Shown here piece by piece: positions 59,231 through 64,000 of a DNA stretch of 64,000 bases. Numbering within the stretch: position 1 is the stretch's first letter; every line of letters begins with the position of its first letter. The stretch is from contig CAWJXJ010000010.1 of the NCBI GenBank assembly GCA_963846795.1, forward strand, positions 35,673-99,672, in the 5' to 3' direction. Below the pieces are notes generated by a model. That model was not told the DNA's origin and made no database searches. It was given only the letters and a program-made list of their open reading frames with translations. Source of the stretch: an uncultured Acidobacteriaceae bacterium (GTDB lineage: Bacteria > Acidobacteriota > Terriglobia > Terriglobales > Acidobacteriaceae). The position numbers were made by a program, and so were the translations under genes.

Positions 59231-59458
59231 ATGACGAGTGTGGAAGTGATGTTCCGCTATGGCTTGCCGCCGGGTGAGACCGAAATGACCGCCATGGGCC
59301 AATTCAACGATGTTTACGGAATCCGGCGAGTGCGGATGAACGAAAAAGAGAAGACCATTCTTATCGAGTACGACGCAACGCGCCTGACGGAGACAGCTGT
59401 CGAGAAGTTGCTGCGGAGCGCTGGAATCGACATCCGCGAAAAGCTGGCGCTGGCTTAG
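59231..59458 (+). CDS. Small hypothetical protein divergent from copA (HMA-like tail, no CxxC).
   Basis: 75 aa: MTSVEVMFRYGLPPGE...KTILIEYDATRLTETAVEKLLRSAGIDI. Confidence 0.45.
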   Translation: MTSVEVMFRYGLPPGETEMTAMGQFNDVYGIRRVRMNEKEKTILIEYDATRLTETAVEKLLRSAGIDIREKLALA

Positions 59459-59854
59459 GAGTCGGCGCTACAGGTGGTTGACCAGAGAGGCTGCCTTGGA
59501 AGTTTGGCAGGCACTAAAAAGGGCCACCTGTGTGAGAGCTCTGGCCGATACTCCCAATCAGGTGGCCCTTATGCGCCACTTCGTCTGTTCGTATTATATG
59601 CATGAAGCGGGCCAAAAGTTCCGCGCCGCAAATAAAAGAGTTACGAGCCACCCGGTTGCCACGACCCAGCAAGTTTTTCCTACCGCAAAGCACTTTTTAC
59701 GTCTGGCGCGAAGGTGGGGGCTCTTGGAGCCTCACACTGATAAAGGAGCCATCGCCGACGTCATCGAGCAGGCTGTGGAAAACTCGGGAAGAAACACGTG
59801 TCGCGGGCTGAAAACCGGCACAGAAATTTCTTGTCACCGGCACCCTGCACTAGA

Positions 59855-59980
59855 TTGTCATCACGAGCGGAGCGAGGGATCTGTTCTCTGGTCGATAGTT
59901 GCAGGATTGTCGCGCTGGGAAGTCTTGCATGCAACAAACAAGAGCAGATCCCTCACGCCAAGAGGCGCTCGTGATGACAA
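59855..59980. mobile_element. 126-bp MITE-like palindromic element.
   Basis: Perfect 15-bp termini (TTGTCATCACGAGCG / CGCTCGTGATGACAA) plus an inner 10-bp inverted repeat (GAGGGATCTG / CAGATCCCTC). Confidence 0.7.
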
Positions 59981-60000
59981 ATCATCGGCGATCCTAGGCT

Positions 60001-60031
60001 CTGACAACCGACAACTGACAACCGACAACTG
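60001..60031. repeat. Heptanucleotide tandem repeat (CYGACAA type).
   Basis: CTGACAA CCGACAA CTGACAA CCGACAA CTG, ending 5 nt beyond the stop of the minus-strand M28 gene. Confidence 0.85.
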
Positions 60032-60035
60032 TTCC

Positions 60036-61712
60036 TCACTTCCCTGCCGCAAACCGTTCGAAGAAGCTGCCGCTGTTCCACGCCGGAGGCTTGGGAGCAT
60101 CGGCCACTCGCAAAGCGATGTCGGCCATGATGTCTTCAAACTTGCCGGCCGCCGCCAGATCGACCGGTTGGTTCAGGTCGTCGGAGGGAGCGTGGTAGCG
60201 ATCGTGCAGCCACTTCTTCGCCGTCGCTTCTTCCGGACTCCCCTTGGTGTAACCCACCTTCATCGCCAGCGATGGCACTCCCTGCTTGATAAAGCTGTAC
60301 TGATCGCTGCGTATAAAGATGTTGCGCAGCGGCTCGGGATCGGGCTGCACCTCGACATCGTTCTTCTGCGCTGCCCAACGTGCGTCATCGCCAAGTGTCG
60401 ACTCGTCAAGGCCGTACACGGTCACGATCTTCATCGGGAAAATCGGCAGAAACATGTCGGTGTTCAAGTCGGCGACGATGTCCCTCTTAGGCACTGTGGG
60501 TTTGCTGGCAAAGTAGCGTGAGCCAAGCAGTCCCTTTTCTTCCGCCGTCAGAAAGAGGAACAGCAGCGAGCGTTTCGGCTTGATACCTGCGGCATGCAAC
60601 TGGTCGGCTATATCGAGCACCAAGGCTGAGCCCGAAGCGTTATCCATCGCGCCGTTATAAATTTTGTCGCCATTGATTGGCTCGCCGATGCCGAGGTGGT
60701 CAAGGTGCGCCGAGAGCACTACATACTGCGAAGCCAGTTGCCGATCGGAGCCCGGCAGTTTGGCGACGATGTTCGCCGACTCCACCTGTTTGGTGATCTG
60801 CTTCGCCTTCGCCCTGATGCTCATGGTCAGCGGAAAGTGCGGTAATGGTTTGCGGTCTTTCCCCAGGGCAGCGATCTCAGCAAAGGTATGGCCTGAGCCT
60901 TCGAAAAGCTCTTCCGCCAATTCCGGATTCCACACAGCGGCCAATCCGATTCCCTTCCAGTCGTTGAACATTGGGTCGGCGAGCGACATACTTGGCCGCT
61001 TGCGGGCCAGCGTCATGCGGCTCCACGGAATGTCCATGGCCGCGGGATTGGGGATGATGATGTAGCCAATGGCTCCTGCTTTGCGCAACTCTTTGGCACG
61101 CTCTGTCGAAGACTGATAGTGCGAAGCCAGCGCCGCCGGCATGTCCTCGGGCGAACCACTGAAGATGACTGCGACCTTGCCTTTCACATTCACCCCGGCA
61201 TAGTCGTCATATTTCTTCTCCGGCACGTTCAGCCCGTAGCCGACAAAGACCAGCGGCGCTTCGGTTTGGGGAGCCAGGTCCACGCGCGTGCTGAACATCG
61301 CGTCTTCGCCAAGTTTGACGAACTGAGTGTTGCCGTCGCGTATCAGCTCCATGCTTGAGCCGTTCTCGTCAATCTCGCGGCTGACCAGCTTCACCGGCTG
61401 GTAGTAGCCTTTGTTACCCGCGGGCTGCAATCCATCCTTCTTCAACTGATCGACGACATACGCCGACGCGCGTTGCAGTCCCGGGCTACCGGTTTCGCGG
61501 CCCTCCATGTTGTCGTCAGCGAGGACCTTGACGTACTCCCACCAGCGCTTGCCATCGAACGTGGGCGCCGACTGGGCGAATGACAAATGTGAAACAGAGA
61601 CACAAGCGGAGAGGACAACCAGCGGCAGAAGCTGCAACGCCCGACGAGTTAGCAAGACAAAACTCCAGAGAGAGAATGCGGCTATTGTCGCGCACGGCGC
61701 TGATAGACACAA
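60036..61712 (-). CDS. M28-family aminopeptidase with a PA domain, secreted.
   Basis: 558 aa. Signal peptide. GRETGSPGLQRASAYV, GAMDNASGSA, FLFLTAEEKGLLGS. Confidence 0.85.
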   Translation of the reverse strand: MCLSAPCATIAAFSLWSFVLLTRRALQLLPLVVLSACVSVSHLSFAQSAPTFDGKRWWEYVKVLADDNMEGRETGSPGLQRASAYVVDQLKKDGLQPAGNKGYYQPVKLVSREIDENGSSMELIRDGNTQFVKLGEDAMFSTRVDLAPQTEAPLVFVGYGLNVPEKKYDDYAGVNVKGKVAVIFSGSPEDMPAALASHYQSSTERAKELRKAGAIGYIIIPNPAAMDIPWSRMTLARKRPSMSLADPMFNDWKGIGLAAVWNPELAEELFEGSGHTFAEIAALGKDRKPLPHFPLTMSIRAKAKQITKQVESANIVAKLPGSDRQLASQYVVLSAHLDHLGIGEPINGDKIYNGAMDNASGSALVLDIADQLHAAGIKPKRSLLFLFLTAEEKGLLGSRYFASKPTVPKRDIVADLNTDMFLPIFPMKIVTVYGLDESTLGDDARWAAQKNDVEVQPDPEPLRNIFIRSDQYSFIKQGVPSLAMKVGYTKGSPEEATAKKWLHDRYHAPSDDLNQPVDLAAAGKFEDIMADIALRVADAPKPPAWNSGSFFERFAAGK

Positions 61713-61810
61713 ATTGCGGCTGATCGCCTGAAAGTTGGTGGCTGATTCTCGCTGCCGTAGCTACCCGGAACGATCCGTAGAGCAACCACACGTCTGGATG
61801 ACGCCGGCTG

Positions 61811-62776
61811 CTAGGGTACGATCACCAGTCGACGCCCTGGCTGGTCGCGCTGCCAGGCGTTCTCGATATCGGCGAGAGGTACCCTTTCCGTATCCAGATG
61901 AAGCTCGCCCTTCGCGGCGTGCGTCATCACCTGCTGAAAAGCTTCCGCCAGAACGTCGCGAGGTGGAATCCCCGCGGTTCCCATAATTGTTAATGCCGAA
62001 CTTCGCAGCACGGCTGCTGGAAGCGTGATGGTCGGCGCAGCGCTCTCCCCAACTTGAACAAAGCGGGTTTCAGTTTGGATAGCCGCAAATTCTGCTCTTG
62101 TCATCGCGGCAAAAAATGCCTCCGCAGGCGCTCCCCAGACGTAATCGATGACAACTTGAAATCCGGACTGGCCGGCTTCCCGCAGAAATGCCTCGCTCAG
62201 TTCGGGGGTCGGTAGTGCGAGAGAAATGGTGGTGTCGGCGCCCATATCGCGTAGCGCATTCAGCGCCTGTTGGTTGCGTCCGGCCGCAACCACTCGAGCG
62301 GCGCCAAGCAGCTTGGCTATTTGTACAGCCAGCTTACCGGTCACTCCGGTCGCGCCCAGGATGAGGGCGTTTTCACCTGGCTGCAACTTCGCACGGTAAG
62401 CAAGTGTAAGCCACGCTGAGATACCGGGATTCGGCAAAGCAGCGGCAGTGTCGTCATTCACATTGTCAGGGACTGGAAAGGTGAATGCGCGCGGCACGAC
62501 CGTACGCTGCGCCATGGCGCCGTGAGGTGGTCGAGGCCCACCGAAGAAGACCCGTTGCCCATCGTCCAGATGCCCGACTCCATCCGTGCCGGGAACGCGG
62601 GGTAATGCGCCGCCGCTTGCATAATGCGCCCCGCTGGCCATTTGCTTGTCAACCGGTTTCAGCGATGCGGCGTGAACATGTACCATCACCTCACGGTCTT
62701 TGTCGCCGATGACCGGCTCCGGGAATTCTTCGTATCGAGGCACGCTCCCTATCGTGCGCAGGACGGCTGCTTGCAT
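61811..62776 (-). CDS. Zn-dependent alcohol dehydrogenase / quinone oxidoreductase (MDR superfamily).
   Basis: MQAAVLRTIG...; NALILGATGVTGKLAVQIAKLLGA. Confidence 0.85.
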   Translation of the reverse strand: MQAAVLRTIGSVPRYEEFPEPVIGDKDREVMVHVHAASLKPVDKQMASGAHYASGGALPRVPGTDGVGHLDDGQRVFFGGPRPPHGAMAQRTVVPRAFTFPVPDNVNDDTAAALPNPGISAWLTLAYRAKLQPGENALILGATGVTGKLAVQIAKLLGAARVVAAGRNQQALNALRDMGADTTISLALPTPELSEAFLREAGQSGFQVVIDYVWGAPAEAFFAAMTRAEFAAIQTETRFVQVGESAAPTITLPAAVLRSSALTIMGTAGIPPRDVLAEAFQQVMTHAAKGELHLDTERVPLADIENAWQRDQPGRRLVIVP

Positions 62777-63106
62777 GCGAGTTCCCCTTTCGACCTCAGA
62801 TTCTAGCGGCAGGTAAGCCACCCCGCAATCAGCGTAGGATGGGCAATCCGGAAACCAAGCCCCCAAATGCGGGCAAGACCGCTAACGAGAGATTTACGAA
62901 ACGCGATATAAATGTCAGCCGGAGTGCGAGTCTGCCCCAAGCGGACTCAAACCGCGTTGCCCTGACGCCCAGCATTCATGATCGGGTGACCCAGGTGTTG
63001 TTGCAATGTTCGTTACCGGGCGCGTATACCGTCCAAATTCGCCCATGTAGCGTGCTATCCTGATTTTTCCCGGACATCACAGCTTGTACTGTTGAAGTTC
63101 CTACAG

Positions 63107-64000
63107 ATGGCATCAAAAATTCCCGTCGGAATCCTGGGCGCAACCGGAGTTGTCGGTCAGCGCTTTATCCAACTGCTTGAGGCCCATCCCTGGTTTGAAG
63201 TCGCATGGCTGGCGGCTTCCGATCGCTCAGAGGGCAAGCCTTACGGCGAAGCTACGCGCTGGCGTCTAAAGACGCCAATGCCTGCTCAAGTGCGCGACAT
63301 GATGGTCTCGCCGGCATCGCCTGATGGCGCGCCCCAGGTTATCTTCGCTGCGCTCGATGCCGGCATCGCTCGCGAGTTGGAGCCGCCGTTTGCCGCCGCC
63401 GGGTGCGCGGTGGTCAGCAACTCCAGCGCATTTCGCATGGACCCTACCGTGCCGCTGGTGATCCCGGAAGTTAACGGCGATCATCTGCCGCTTCTCGAAC
63501 GCCAGAGCTGGCGCAAGCAATCCGGTGGATATATCGTCACTAATCCGAACTGCTCGGTAATAGGGCTGGTGTTAGCGCTTGCACCCCTGCAGCGCCAATT
63601 CGGCATTGAAACCATCTTCGTCACCACCATGCAGGCGGTCAGCGGGGCGGGATATCCCGGCGTGGCTTCGCTCGACATCCTTGGCAACGTGATTCCCTAC
63701 ATCGCCAAAGAAGAAGAGAAGATGGAGGAAGAGGCGCGCAAGCTGCTGGGCAAGCTGAATGGCGCAGGGGTGGAAGATGCCGGGTTTCGCATGACCGCGC
63801 ACTGCAATCGCGTGGCAGTCGAAGACGGGCACACCGAATCAGTTTCGATAAAGCTAAACCAAACGGTAGAGGCAGACGCCGTCATTGCCGCGCTCGAAGG
63901 CTTCCAATCGGCGCCCCATGAGATGGGCTGTCCCTCGGCCCCGCGTCAGCCGATTGCCTACGACAATGCGCCCGATCGCCCCCAGCCGCGCTTCGATATC
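63107..64000 (+). CDS. asd: Aspartate-semialdehyde dehydrogenase (partial; runs off the right window edge).
   Basis: My own translation: MASKIPVGILGATGVVGQRFIQLL...IVTNPNCSVIGL...MQAVSGAGY. The frame stays open to nt 64000. Confidence 0.9.
   Translation, partial: MASKIPVGILGATGVVGQRFIQLLEAHPWFEVAWLAASDRSEGKPYGEATRWRLKTPMPAQVRDMMVSPASPDGAPQVIFAALDAGIARELEPPFAAAGCAVVSNSSAFRMDPTVPLVIPEVNGDHLPLLERQSWRKQSGGYIVTNPNCSVIGLVLALAPLQRQFGIETIFVTTMQAVSGAGYPGVASLDILGNVIPYIAKEEEKMEEEARKLLGKLNGAGVEDAGFRMTAHCNRVAVEDGHTESVSIKLNQTVEADAVIAALEGFQSAPHEMGCPSAPRQPIAYDNAPDRPQPRFDI

Overview
This is a roughly 60% GC bacterial window. Its gene content (TIGR03436-type VWA protein, PEP-CTERM protein, RayT/REP elements, heptanucleotide intergenic repeats) suggests Acidobacteriota, but that placement is inference only. 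All calls come from motif recognition in the ORF translations and from reading the DNA; no database search was possible.

The core is a dense dissimilatory sulfur-metabolism island:
- dsrA-dsrB-(154-aa unknown)-dsrL-dsrC on the minus strand (8.2-13.0 kb).
- Diverging from it, aprB-aprA-(two small Cys-rich genes)-qmoABC-sat on the plus strand (14.1-23.8 kb).
- An uncharacterised same-strand block follows sat (23.9-31 kb): two cytidylate-kinase-like/BON paralogs flanking a TauE/SafE permease, a DUF202 protein with about 20 heptad repeats, a PEP-utilising enzyme and a TIGR02186-like protein.
- Next come an Rrf2 regulator and an MtrA/MtrB-like decaheme cytochrome plus outer-membrane barrel pair.
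- The window opens inside a second, near-identical copy of the dsrA 5' half plus about 350 bp of leader (1-885 matches 12440-13325).

Other notable items:
- A peroxiredoxin with an in-frame TGA at the peroxidatic Cys position and a SECIS-like hairpin.
- A copA gene broken by a precisely delimited 128-bp MITE and by a 1-nt frameshift.
- A RayT transposase flanked by inverted REPs, plus a separate REP pair with no transposase.
- A family of 7-nt tandem repeats, mostly just downstream of stop codons.
- CIRCE-groESL.

The rest is housekeeping (metH, ribA, nuoI, asd, fur and others). No tRNA, rRNA or CRISPR was seen. Several 1-nt frameshifts may be sequencing errors rather than real pseudogenes.
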